Below, piece after piece: positions 53,615-61,995 of a stretch of 64,000 bases of DNA. This DNA comes from Bacteroidales bacterium (GTDB lineage Bacteria > Bacteroidota > Bacteroidia > Bacteroidales > WCHB1-69). The first letter of the stretch is position 1, and the number at the start of each line of letters is the position of its first letter. A model generated the notes under the pieces. That model had not been told where the DNA came from, did no database searches, and saw nothing but the letters and a program-made list of their open reading frames with translations. Location of the stretch: NCBI GenBank assembly GCA_017506175.1, contig JAFVNW010000043.1, forward strand, positions 19,012-83,011, read 5' to 3'. Made by a program: the position numbers and the translations under genes.

Positions 53615-54805
53615 TTATTTGTTTTCTATTGATTGAATGCGTTTCTCGGTTTCTTGAACTTTGCTTTCTTTTCCTAAACGTAAATAAATCTCTTTTAGTT
53701 TATAAAGTACGCTGATATCGTTGATTTCTTCTTTGGAGGCCTTTTCGAAGTACTCTGCCGCGTCCAACATATATTGGTCGGCCTCCCTCTTGACCATTTC
53801 GCCTTCACTCTTCTTTCCGTTGACATCCAATTTATTCGCTTCCATGTATTTGTCCTCACCGATGTTGGAGCAGCATACGCCGAGGTTATGTGCGATGATG
53901 GCGCTTGGGTTGTTCGCGTATGCTCTTTTGAGGAGTTTTTCGGCTTCGCCATATTGGTTGTCCTTGATGTAGAGATTGGCGGCGTTGATGAGTGCATCGG
54001 GAGAATCGTTGATGGTTGCGGGCAGGTTTTTCAGTAGTTGGCGACCGCGTTCATTGTCGCCGGTCCAAAAATAGTATTCAGCCTCCGCCACAAGGATATT
54101 GGCGTTGCTCGCATCGTTCCTTTTGGCTTGTTCAATCAAGGAGAGTACGTCGGCTTTGCGATCGGTTTTCTTGTAACTTTCTATCAGTCTAATAAATACA
54201 TTCATGTCTTTAGAACCGTCCACGAGTGCTTTCTGGTAGTATTTTTCAGCATTGGCCATGTCTTTGTTCATCTCCAATGCGTAAGCATAGTAATAATAGA
54301 GCTTGCCCTCCAGAGGATATTGGGGGGGCGTTTGCATTTCGTAGCTTTCCACAGCCTTTGCCAGTGTGTTTCTTGCTGCCTCAAATTGGTTTGCCACCAG
54401 TTCGTTAACCCCTTGGATGAACAGTAAGGGGTAGATGATGGGGAGCCCATCGCCTGGCGATTTCATCTCAAAGCCCTCCACATTTTTGTTGATGGAGCGC
54501 GCTTTTTTGTATGCGTCGAAGGCTTCTACGGGCGTGTTGGGGTGCTTGATGACATACTTGTCGTCGTTTTGCTTGGCAGAGTATTCCATGCTGGCGAGCA
54601 TGTGGTCGATGTTTGCTTTGTAGAGCCATGTGTTGGCTTTCGTATTGTATTTTTCATCCAATATACATTGGTCAATGCACTCTTTGGCGGCTTCGTAGTT
54701 GCTTTCCGCATAGAGGTTGTAGGCGCGGGTGGGGGTGTTCTTTTGTGCGAGTCCCGAAGCCGCGGAGAGCACTATGGCGGCGAAAATGGTTGCAATTTTC
54801 TTCAT
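53615..54805 (-). CDS. Secreted TPR-repeat protein
   Basis: Signal peptide and repeated TPR-like units (Y..A..L....). Confidence 0.6.
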   Translation of the reverse strand: MKKIATIFAAIVLSAASGLAQKNTPTRAYNLYAESNYEAAKECIDQCILDEKYNTKANTWLYKANIDHMLASMEYSAKQNDDKYVIKHPNTPVEAFDAYKKARSINKNVEGFEMKSPGDGLPIIYPLLFIQGVNELVANQFEAARNTLAKAVESYEMQTPPQYPLEGKLYYYYAYALEMNKDMANAEKYYQKALVDGSKDMNVFIRLIESYKKTDRKADVLSLIEQAKRNDASNANILVAEAEYYFWTGDNERGRQLLKNLPATINDSPDALINAANLYIKDNQYGEAEKLLKRAYANNPSAIIAHNLGVCCSNIGEDKYMEANKLDVNGKKSEGEMVKREADQYMLDAAEYFEKASKEEINDISVLYKLKEIYLRLGKESKVQETEKRIQSIENK

Positions 54806-54828
54806 GGTAGTCTCTATTAAAAATCGGG

Positions 54829-54836
54829 CAAAAATA
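54829..54836 (-). promoter_or_regulatory. -7 promoter box (TATTTTTG) for the TPR/TPR/dedA/aroE gene string
   Basis: The reverse complement of caaaaata lies 24 nt upstream of the start at 54805. A TTG sits 19 nt further upstream, in the -33 position. Confidence 0.5.
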
Positions 54837-54864
54837 CGCTAATTTTTTGAATTGGCAATCTGTG

Positions 54865-54880
54865 TTTTTTTTGGGGGGGG
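54865..54880. repeat. Adjacent homopolymer tracts T8 and G8
   Basis: Direct reading: tgtg TTTTTTTT GGGGGGGG caat. Confidence 0.95.
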
Positions 54881-54982
54881 CAATACACATTGTTTTCGAG
54901 ATTTTCATGCCGGTTGGATGAAAATTGCTCGATAGACATAATTGTCCGAATAAGGTTTATTGGATGCCTGTGGAATGTTATG

Positions 54983-56125
54983 TTATTTTGCTTTGGAGCC
55001 GGCATACAGGTCGTAGCGCAGGAATTTACATTCGAGAGCCCCGTTGTACAGCGTTGTCTTCTTGGATGGGTGCAGCCCGATTCTCTTGACCGCCTCCATG
55101 TTGGAACTGATGAGGAAGGCGGTGCAACCGGCAAATTTCTGTTTTAAGCTGTTGCCGATTTGTTTATAGAAATCCTCGATATCCTCCATGTCAAGGCGCT
55201 CGCCGTAGGGAGGGTTGAAGATGAGGTAGGCAGGGGTGCGTTTGGGCGCGGACTCGCTCATCGCGCAGCGTTGCAACCGGACGAAGTCGCTGAGTCTTGC
55301 TTCCTGAACGTTGGCCTTGGCCATACCTATGAAACGTGTGGAAATGTCGGAGCCATAGAAATTAATCGGGACATCGTCTTTGATATCCGCTTCATTTACA
55401 ATCTTTTCCCACAATTTCCTATCGAAATTCTTCCAGTTGAAGAATCCGTATTTTTCACGGTAGAATCCGGCCGGAATGTTCAGTGCGGACATTGCGGCTT
55501 CGATGAGGATGGTGCCTGACCCGCACATGGGGTCTATCAGGTCGCAGTCGTGTTTCCAACCGCTCAGCTTTACCATCGCCGCCGCCACCACCTCACTGAT
55601 CTGCGCTGGATGGCTTGACACACGGTAGCCGCGCTTATGAAGCGATTCTCCAGAAGCGTCCAGGTAGAGGGCTGCGTTATTGTTGAAGATGTGTATGTTG
55701 AATTGAATGTCGGGATTATCCTTGTTAACAGACGGCCGTTCATCGAACTTCTCGCGGAAGCGGTCGCACACAGCATCCTTGGCTAAAAGTGCGGCGTAGA
55801 GGGGGGTCTTGAACATGTTCCCGCTCATGGTCACATTAAAGGCGAGCGTGTTGTGAACCGACATGATTTCCTCTGCCGGATATTTGTAGATTTCTTCGTA
55901 AAACTGGTTGTTGTCGCGGAAGGTGAACTGGTGCACTTGCCATAGAATCCGCAGCGCAAAGCGGCAGAAGTAGTTGGCGCGGTAAAGCATCGACATGTCG
56001 CCTTCGAATTCCACGGCACGGGTACCGATTCTGCAGTTTTCCGCACCTAATTGCTCCAATTCCTCTTTTAATATCTGCTCAAGTCCAGCGTATGTCTTGG
56101 CAACGAATTTCTCTTTTCCTTGCAT
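54983..56125 (-). CDS. THUMP-domain class I SAM-dependent RNA methyltransferase (RlmL/COG0116-like)
   Basis: SAM motif DPMCGSGTILIEAA, catalytic NPPYGERL and an N-terminal THUMP-like region. Confidence 0.8.
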   Translation of the reverse strand: MQGKEKFVAKTYAGLEQILKEELEQLGAENCRIGTRAVEFEGDMSMLYRANYFCRFALRILWQVHQFTFRDNNQFYEEIYKYPAEEIMSVHNTLAFNVTMSGNMFKTPLYAALLAKDAVCDRFREKFDERPSVNKDNPDIQFNIHIFNNNAALYLDASGESLHKRGYRVSSHPAQISEVVAAAMVKLSGWKHDCDLIDPMCGSGTILIEAAMSALNIPAGFYREKYGFFNWKNFDRKLWEKIVNEADIKDDVPINFYGSDISTRFIGMAKANVQEARLSDFVRLQRCAMSESAPKRTPAYLIFNPPYGERLDMEDIEDFYKQIGNSLKQKFAGCTAFLISSNMEAVKRIGLHPSKKTTLYNGALECKFLRYDLYAGSKAK

Positions 56126-56132
56126 TTGCTAC

Positions 56133-56888
56133 TCAAATTTTTTCAATGGCCATTTTGCTAATCCAACCCTTTTCGCCACTTGGGATTCTTATTTCCACAT
56201 AGTTTTCCACCTCTTTGGTTATCTGCACTTTAAGTCCTTCGTGAATAACGAAAATGGTGTTCCCTTTTTCTGTCGGGGAACTCTTGGCTTCGGTTACCAT
56301 GTTCATCACGATGGCTTCGTCGTGCCGCGCAAACCGGTTGTGCTCTTTTGCGGCGAAAATGATGGTGAAAACCAGCATGAAAATGGACAGGCAGAAAACG
56401 ATGCCTCCGCCGATCCTGAGCCATCCGCTTCTACCCAAAATGAAGGCGGCAAGTGCAAGTATGAGAAGGCAACTGAAAACGATGGAAAGAATCGCCCACT
56501 GATTTTCGGTGAGTTTATGTGAAACCCCGTTCCATATCATAGCAATGGCAGATTCGGGAACAGGCTCGATTTTGTCCGTAATCTTCTGATTTACAAAGGC
56601 GATATTGTGTTTTATGTCTTCGTTTGTCGGGTCGAGGCGGAGGGCACGTTCATACCAGAGCAGCGCCTGCGCATTGGAACCGCTTTTGTAGTAGGCATTC
56701 CCCAAATTGTAATATAAAGCGGAGCTTTCGTTGCCGTCATTGACGAGTTGTTTGTATAAATCAACGGCTCCACTATAATTTTCCGATTGGTACTCTTTGT
56801 TTGCCTGCTGCATTCTTGCCAATTCATTTTCGGCATAATTTGCTGTGATGCAGCTTATTAGCATGATTATCAATAATGTCTTTTTCAT
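56133..56888 (-). CDS. batE: BatE-like protein (TPR, two TM helices, C-terminal SH3-like domain)
   Basis: TPR units in the N-terminal half, two TM helices and the C-terminus VEIRIPSGEKGWISK. It is the last gene of the Bat-like string. Confidence 0.65.
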   Translation of the reverse strand: MKKTLLIIMLISCITANYAENELARMQQANKEYQSENYSGAVDLYKQLVNDGNESSALYYNLGNAYYKSGSNAQALLWYERALRLDPTNEDIKHNIAFVNQKITDKIEPVPESAIAMIWNGVSHKLTENQWAILSIVFSCLLILALAAFILGRSGWLRIGGGIVFCLSIFMLVFTIIFAAKEHNRFARHDEAIVMNMVTEAKSSPTEKGNTIFVIHEGLKVQITKEVENYVEIRIPSGEKGWISKMAIEKI

Positions 56889-56894
56889 CGCGTA

Positions 56895-58706
56895 CTATTT
56901 TTTCTCGATTTGGGTAATGAAATCCAGTGAGAGATTGTAAAGGTTGTTCATCGTTTCGCCGCTGTTATTTGGGGCAAAACGGGCGAATTCGCATTCATTG
57001 AGCGTGTGAATGAAATTTTCGATGTCTTCTTGTGTCAATCCCTTGTCTGTTAGGCGATTGCGTACTGTCTCTATAGAAAGTTCAGCCAACGGGATTTTGT
57101 ATTTGTCGCTCATATAGCCCCAGAGCGCACGTGATATTTCCACATAGAATTCCGTCTCTTTGTTCTCCGCTAACAGTTTTTTTGCTTTTTTAAGGCTCCT
57201 GCGTGCAACTTTTGTGGCACGTTTGTTGCGCAGCTCCATCACATTTTCGCGGTTTTTGATGCTTTTCCGCCAGATGAGGATGATCAGAATGAGTATTAAT
57301 AGCGGCAAAAACAACAAAAGGAAGTAGAGGCTTGTTCCGAAAAAGACCTTGCTTTTCTTGTTGAATTGCGAAGCATCGGTTTGGATATAACGGATATCCT
57401 TGTCGAGCATCTGGATTCCTTTTTGATAAGAAGAGGAAACGCTGTTGTCGTCTTCCCCCTTTTCAACTTTGACCTCGTAGGGTTCTGTGGTGAGCGTCTT
57501 GTATATTTTGCTTTGTGGGTCGAAATAGCAGAATTCGCAACCAGGGATGGTGAAGTTGCCAGCGGTGCGGGGAATGATGACGAAGTCGAATGAACGTGAA
57601 CCGTTTACGCTGTTTCCACCTGTTTGAATCCGGTCGTTCACCGCAGGGTCGCTTACGTCAAAGTCGGTCGGGAAGTTGATCGTGGGGGGCTCTGCCATTT
57701 GCAAGTTCCCGCTTCCGGAAATTTTAACCACCAAGTCCGTGGCGTCGTTGGTCTTCAGTTCCGACTTCGTCAGCGAGGAGGTCATGGTGAACTTGCCGAC
57801 CAGTCCGCTGAAATTGGCGGGTTTTCCGGCGGGCAGTTCTTTGACGTTCAAAGTGATCTCGCCCGATTTCAGTTTCTTCCGCTGTTGGTCGGCACCGAAC
57901 CAGCCGCTGGGAACGGTGACCACCCCCTCCAACTCAAGAGGAGTTACTGTGATCGTACCTGCTTTCTGTGGGTAAACCGCCGTCTTATAGACCTCCACCA
58001 CGTTGTATCTCTTGCCGTTCAGTGTGGTTGTCGTGGGTTGCGGAGACGCATTGGGATTGCCCAATTGGTAGGTCCACAGGTTCTGCTGTTGCGGGAATTC
58101 GTTGCCCGTGACTTGGAATTGGTAGATGTTGCTGTAATAGAGCTTATAGGTGATGACGACCTCTTCGCCCACGTAAGGATTGGTTTTGCTGACCTGCGAT
58201 TTGAGGAATATCTCGCTGTCGAAGTCGATGGCTTGGCGTTGATGGCGGGCTGAATTGCCGAAGAATTCCTCGAAAGGATCTACAAACGGTTGGCGTTGGC
58301 GGTTGCGAACCTGCTGGTCTTCCTGCGTTACCTCAACGGTTACGGAATTGCTGGTCACAACTTTGCCGTCAACAAGGAACGACACGCCGGGAATGGTTTG
58401 CTTTCCGACCTTTGTGGGTTGCAGGGTATAGGTGTAACTATATGTGTTAGAAGTTGATTGCTGTCCGTTCACGATTTGGATGGAGGTGGAGCTGCTTTGC
58501 GATGGGCCTCCCACATGCGTGAATGTACCGAAATTGGTCGCCGTGATTTTACTCGGATGCTGATCGAGTTTGACCGTGTAGCTAATCCGCTGGTTGATGC
58601 CGACTTTGGCTGGAGCGACAGCGGTTGCAGTCTGGGCAAAGCAGGCAACCATTGATCCTATGCAGAAGATGCAGAAAACAATGGCGGTTTGGATATGTCT
58701 TTTCAT
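56895..58706 (-). CDS. batD: BatD-like oxygen-tolerance protein (full length, with TM and cytoplasmic tail)
   Basis: Signal peptide, a long beta-rich ectodomain, TM helix LYFLLLFLPLLILILIILIW and a basic, helical C-terminal tail. Confidence 0.7.
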   Translation of the reverse strand: MKRHIQTAIVFCIFCIGSMVACFAQTATAVAPAKVGINQRISYTVKLDQHPSKITATNFGTFTHVGGPSQSSSTSIQIVNGQQSTSNTYSYTYTLQPTKVGKQTIPGVSFLVDGKVVTSNSVTVEVTQEDQQVRNRQRQPFVDPFEEFFGNSARHQRQAIDFDSEIFLKSQVSKTNPYVGEEVVITYKLYYSNIYQFQVTGNEFPQQQNLWTYQLGNPNASPQPTTTTLNGKRYNVVEVYKTAVYPQKAGTITVTPLELEGVVTVPSGWFGADQQRKKLKSGEITLNVKELPAGKPANFSGLVGKFTMTSSLTKSELKTNDATDLVVKISGSGNLQMAEPPTINFPTDFDVSDPAVNDRIQTGGNSVNGSRSFDFVIIPRTAGNFTIPGCEFCYFDPQSKIYKTLTTEPYEVKVEKGEDDNSVSSSYQKGIQMLDKDIRYIQTDASQFNKKSKVFFGTSLYFLLLFLPLLILILIILIWRKSIKNRENVMELRNKRATKVARRSLKKAKKLLAENKETEFYVEISRALWGYMSDKYKIPLAELSIETVRNRLTDKGLTQEDIENFIHTLNECEFARFAPNNSGETMNNLYNLSLDFITQIEKK

Positions 58707-58729
58707 TGGTTATTAATCTATGATTTGTT

Positions 58730-60040
58730 TTATTCTACTTTTAAATCGTACGCTCCCGTGCTAAGTAACTTATATCTTTTTGTAAGCGTATCAAAATAGT
58801 AGAATTCGTATGCGGGAATGTAAAAGTTGCCAGCTGTATGTGGTGTGATGATATAACTGAATGTACGTGAGCCCGTTGCATTGTCGTTCAGCCATTCTGC
58901 GCCGTCATCGGTTTCGGATTCTTCAACGCTTAGCAGAGCCGGAAAGTGGAATGATGGCTTTTCAATCCGCTGCAAATTGCCGTTTCCGGTAACGGTAATC
59001 ACCAGATGGGTCGTGTCGTTGGCTTTCATCTCGGTTTTGGATAGTGATGCCTTGAGTGAGAGTTCGCCGACCACGCCGTTGAATTTTGGGGGCTTGTTGG
59101 AAGGCAAGCCTATGACATTCAATCTGATGGGGTCGGAATACAAGGTCTCTGTTTGTGGATCGCTAGTCGATTCATCTTGGATGAGAATGACAGAATCCAA
59201 CTCCAAGGGAAGAATGGATACTTCACCGGCCCTTTGAGGATAGGCGGCTATTCTGTAAATATCTCGGACAAAATATTGCACGCCTTGGATTTTGACCGTG
59301 CGGGGCTCGCTCAAGTTATTCAGTTGAACGACTTGAAAATCTGGTTGCTCCGGAAATGATGGCGCAAGGCCTTGGATGTTTTCTGTTTTAGAGTATAAGG
59401 AGTAGTTGATGACGACTAGTTCCCCGACGTAAGGTGTGTAGTTGCTGACGGTTGCGTTGATGAAAATATCCTCACCGGTATTGATGATTTGGGCTGGAGC
59501 ATCAGATGCCCTGTTTTCATTTTCTATCGGTATCACATCGTTGTCTTCCTCTTGTTGTCCGAAGAACTCCTCTGGGCTTTTACCGAAGAGGTCTTTGAAA
59601 TCGCCCCAGAAGTCATTGTCCTTCTGATTCTTCGGGGTGATTAAATCCTGGTTTTTCTTGGTGACGGTCACGTGAATGGGGTTGCTGGACAATTCAGCTC
59701 CGTCCACTACAAATGTAATGCCGGGAATGTCTTGTTCACCGATGCTTGTCGGTTTTAGAATGTATGTATAGGTGAAAGACGTGACGCTGGTTTGTTCTCC
59801 ATTGATGAAAGAAATGGAATAGGATGAGCTTTGCATCGGGCCGCTTATCAGTTTGAAGGAGCCGAAGTCGGTGGCTGCAATCTTGTCAGGTTCCGCGTTA
59901 ATTTGCACGGTGTAATTGAGTTTCTGGTTGATGCCGATGGCAGAGGGGGCTGATACGGTAATTGTTTGGGCGGATGCAGTTGTACTCAATCCCACCCAAA
60001 TCAGGCAAAATCCGATGAAGCCGTGAATGAAATTTTTCAT
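58730..60040 (-). CDS. BatD-like paralogue with the ectodomain only (no TM or tail)
   Basis: Collinear with the first ~410 aa of the 603-aa neighbour (for example GINQKLNYTVQI / GINQRISYTVKL, and FYIPAYEFYYFD / FTIPGCEFCYFD). It ends at ...YDLKVE. Confidence 0.7.
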   Translation of the reverse strand: MKNFIHGFIGFCLIWVGLSTTASAQTITVSAPSAIGINQKLNYTVQINAEPDKIAATDFGSFKLISGPMQSSSYSISFINGEQTSVTSFTYTYILKPTSIGEQDIPGITFVVDGAELSSNPIHVTVTKKNQDLITPKNQKDNDFWGDFKDLFGKSPEEFFGQQEEDNDVIPIENENRASDAPAQIINTGEDIFINATVSNYTPYVGELVVINYSLYSKTENIQGLAPSFPEQPDFQVVQLNNLSEPRTVKIQGVQYFVRDIYRIAAYPQRAGEVSILPLELDSVILIQDESTSDPQTETLYSDPIRLNVIGLPSNKPPKFNGVVGELSLKASLSKTEMKANDTTHLVITVTGNGNLQRIEKPSFHFPALLSVEESETDDGAEWLNDNATGSRTFSYIITPHTAGNFYIPAYEFYYFDTLTKRYKLLSTGAYDLKVE

Positions 60041-60041
60041 A

Positions 60042-61943
60042 TTACCAATCCTTTTCTTGCTTCTGTTTTGAGTTCTTTTCTTTGTTGAGCTTATCGCCTC
60101 GGATGAGCACTTTTTGTTGTGTTCCCTTCTCGTTCTGTTGAAGAGCGTCTAACTGGCGAAGCATGGCGGCGCGTTGTTCCTCGGTTTGACCGTTGCTGCC
60201 TTGTTGCTGTTGGTTTTGTCCGCTGTTACCTTGCTCTTGTTGTTTCTGTTGCTGCTCTTGTTGACCGTTGCCTTGTCCTTGCTGATTCTGTTGCTGCTGC
60301 TGGTCTTGTCCTCCACCGCCGCCATTCTGTTGGTTCTGCTGCTGGTTCTGGTTTTGACCTTGCCCTTGCCCTTGCCCTTGCCCGCCGCCACCTGCACCAT
60401 GTTGGTCCATCATCTTTTGCGCATATACCAGGTTGTATTTCGCATTGAAATCCGACGGATTGCGGCGCAAAGCATCTTTGTATGCTTCAATGGCATTCTG
60501 ATACTCTTTTTTCTGCAGGCAGGTGTTCCCTTTATTGTAATAAATCTGGGAAGCCAGTTTCTTGTCGGGGGTCATCTGCAGCAGGGTGTCGATTATGTAA
60601 TTGATTGTGTCATAATTTCTTAAGCGATAATGGGCATCCATCTGGTCAAAACGGGCGGCGTTGCGATTGATATCTTCGTTGATGACGGCGGAATCGTAAG
60701 CCACCAGAGCTTTCTGATAATACTGGTCGCCTAAAGTGCTGTCGCCGGTAAGTATGCCCCGTTGCATGAGACTATCCCCTTTGTGAAATTCAGCATTCGC
60801 TTCATTCAAAATCGAGGGGCGGGTTTTGTTGCCGCATGCGGTAAGGCAAAAGATGAGGCAGAGTAGGAGGGAGGCGGCTCGGAATTTCGTACGTGTCTTG
60901 CTCAGCCAGTTCTGCCATCTCGGTTTGGTGGCGAAGAGGAATCCTTCTACCATTAAAAGGATTATGCCCACGGTCAAAGGATATTGGTACCAAGAGTTGT
61001 ATCGTGACACATTTACGTCTTCAATATCCGATTTTTCCATCTTGTCGATGGCGGAGGAGATGGTTTCGAAGCCGGCATTGGTGTTTTGGGCGTGTACGTA
61101 GGTGCCGCCGCCAGCATCCGCCACCTCTTTCAGCGCCTGTTCGTTCAGACGGGTGATGACCGTATTGCCGTTGGCATCGCGTTTCACTCCGTTGCCTACT
61201 GGGATGGTCGCTCCTTTGGTGCTGCCGATGCCAATGGTGTGGATGACAATGCCCAATTCGTGCAATTCTTTTGCCGTTGCTGCGCTTTCAGGAAAATGGT
61301 CTTCTCCATCCGAAACCAAAACGATTACTTTGGAGCTGACTTGAGGGTCGTCGCTTTTCTTCAGTTCATTGTGCTCGTCGTCTTTGGGCGGTATAAGCGC
61401 GTAGGCGGCGGTTTCCAATGCTGCCGACAGATCGGTTCCTTGTGTGGGAATCAGGTCGGGACTGATTTGTCCGATGAACATTTTGGCGGCGGCGTAGTCG
61501 GTGGTGATGGGGAGCTGGGTGTATGCGGTTCCGGCGAATACGACCACGCCCACGCGGTCGCCTTCCAGCTTGTTGATGAACTGGTTCATCGCCATTTTGC
61601 ACGCAGACAGTCTGCTGGGTTGCACGTCGGTGGCCAGCATGCTGTTGGAAACATCAAGGCAGAACATCACGTCCACACCTCTTCTTTTGGTCTTTTCAAC
61701 CTGTCCGGCGGTTTGCGGATTGGCGGCTGCAAAGATGAAGCAGGCCAGCGCAAGCATCAACACGGCGAATTTAACGTGGCGCATCGCGCCCGAACGTTCG
61801 GGCGACAATTTGTTCAACAACTCCTTGTCGCAATACTTTTCAAGCCGTTTTTTGTCGCTGATTTGCAGAACGACGTAGAGAATGGTGAATGCCAGAACGA
61901 TGAGCAACCAGTAAAGATATGATTCGTTTTCAAAGCGGAACAT
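60042..61943 (-). CDS. VWA-domain membrane protein fused to a TPR domain (BatB-BatC-like fusion) with a Gln/Gly-rich C-terminal region
   Basis: N-terminal TM helices. VWA MIDAS motif VMFCLDVSNSM. A TM helix, then an internal lipobox-like segment LLLCLIFCLTACG. TPR units. QG/QN low-complexity tail. Confidence 0.7.
   Translation of the reverse strand: MFRFENESYLYWLLIVLAFTILYVVLQISDKKRLEKYCDKELLNKLSPERSGAMRHVKFAVLMLALACFIFAAANPQTAGQVEKTKRRGVDVMFCLDVSNSMLATDVQPSRLSACKMAMNQFINKLEGDRVGVVVFAGTAYTQLPITTDYAAAKMFIGQISPDLIPTQGTDLSAALETAAYALIPPKDDEHNELKKSDDPQVSSKVIVLVSDGEDHFPESAATAKELHELGIVIHTIGIGSTKGATIPVGNGVKRDANGNTVITRLNEQALKEVADAGGGTYVHAQNTNAGFETISSAIDKMEKSDIEDVNVSRYNSWYQYPLTVGIILLMVEGFLFATKPRWQNWLSKTRTKFRAASLLLCLIFCLTACGNKTRPSILNEANAEFHKGDSLMQRGILTGDSTLGDQYYQKALVAYDSAVINEDINRNAARFDQMDAHYRLRNYDTINYIIDTLLQMTPDKKLASQIYYNKGNTCLQKKEYQNAIEAYKDALRRNPSDFNAKYNLVYAQKMMDQHGAGGGGQGQGQGQGQNQNQQQNQQNGGGGGQDQQQQQNQQGQGNGQQEQQQKQQEQGNSGQNQQQQGSNGQTEEQRAAMLRQLDALQQNEKGTQQKVLIRGDKLNKEKNSKQKQEKDW
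60359..60382 (-). repeat. Hexanucleotide microsatellite (CTTGCC)x4, encoding (GQ)n in frame
   Basis: Direct reading of four perfect CTTGCC units within the QG-rich coding tail. Confidence 0.9.
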
Positions 61944-61971
61944 GATTTTTTCTCCTCCATTTATTAAACGG

Positions 61972-61979
61972 CAAAATTA
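61972..61979 (-). promoter_or_regulatory. -7 promoter box (TAATTTTG) for the Bat-like operon
   Basis: The reverse complement of caaaatta lies 29 nt upstream of the start at 61943. Confidence 0.5.
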
Positions 61980-61995
61980 CAATATTAATGTTGGT

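Noticed and set aside
60170-60405. Poly-Q/G stretch considered as possible eukaryotic contamination or assembly artefact
   Set aside because: It is in frame within a continuous bacterial ORF, flanked by TPR repeats upstream and a conserved-looking charged C-terminus downstream. The operon context is intact on both sides.
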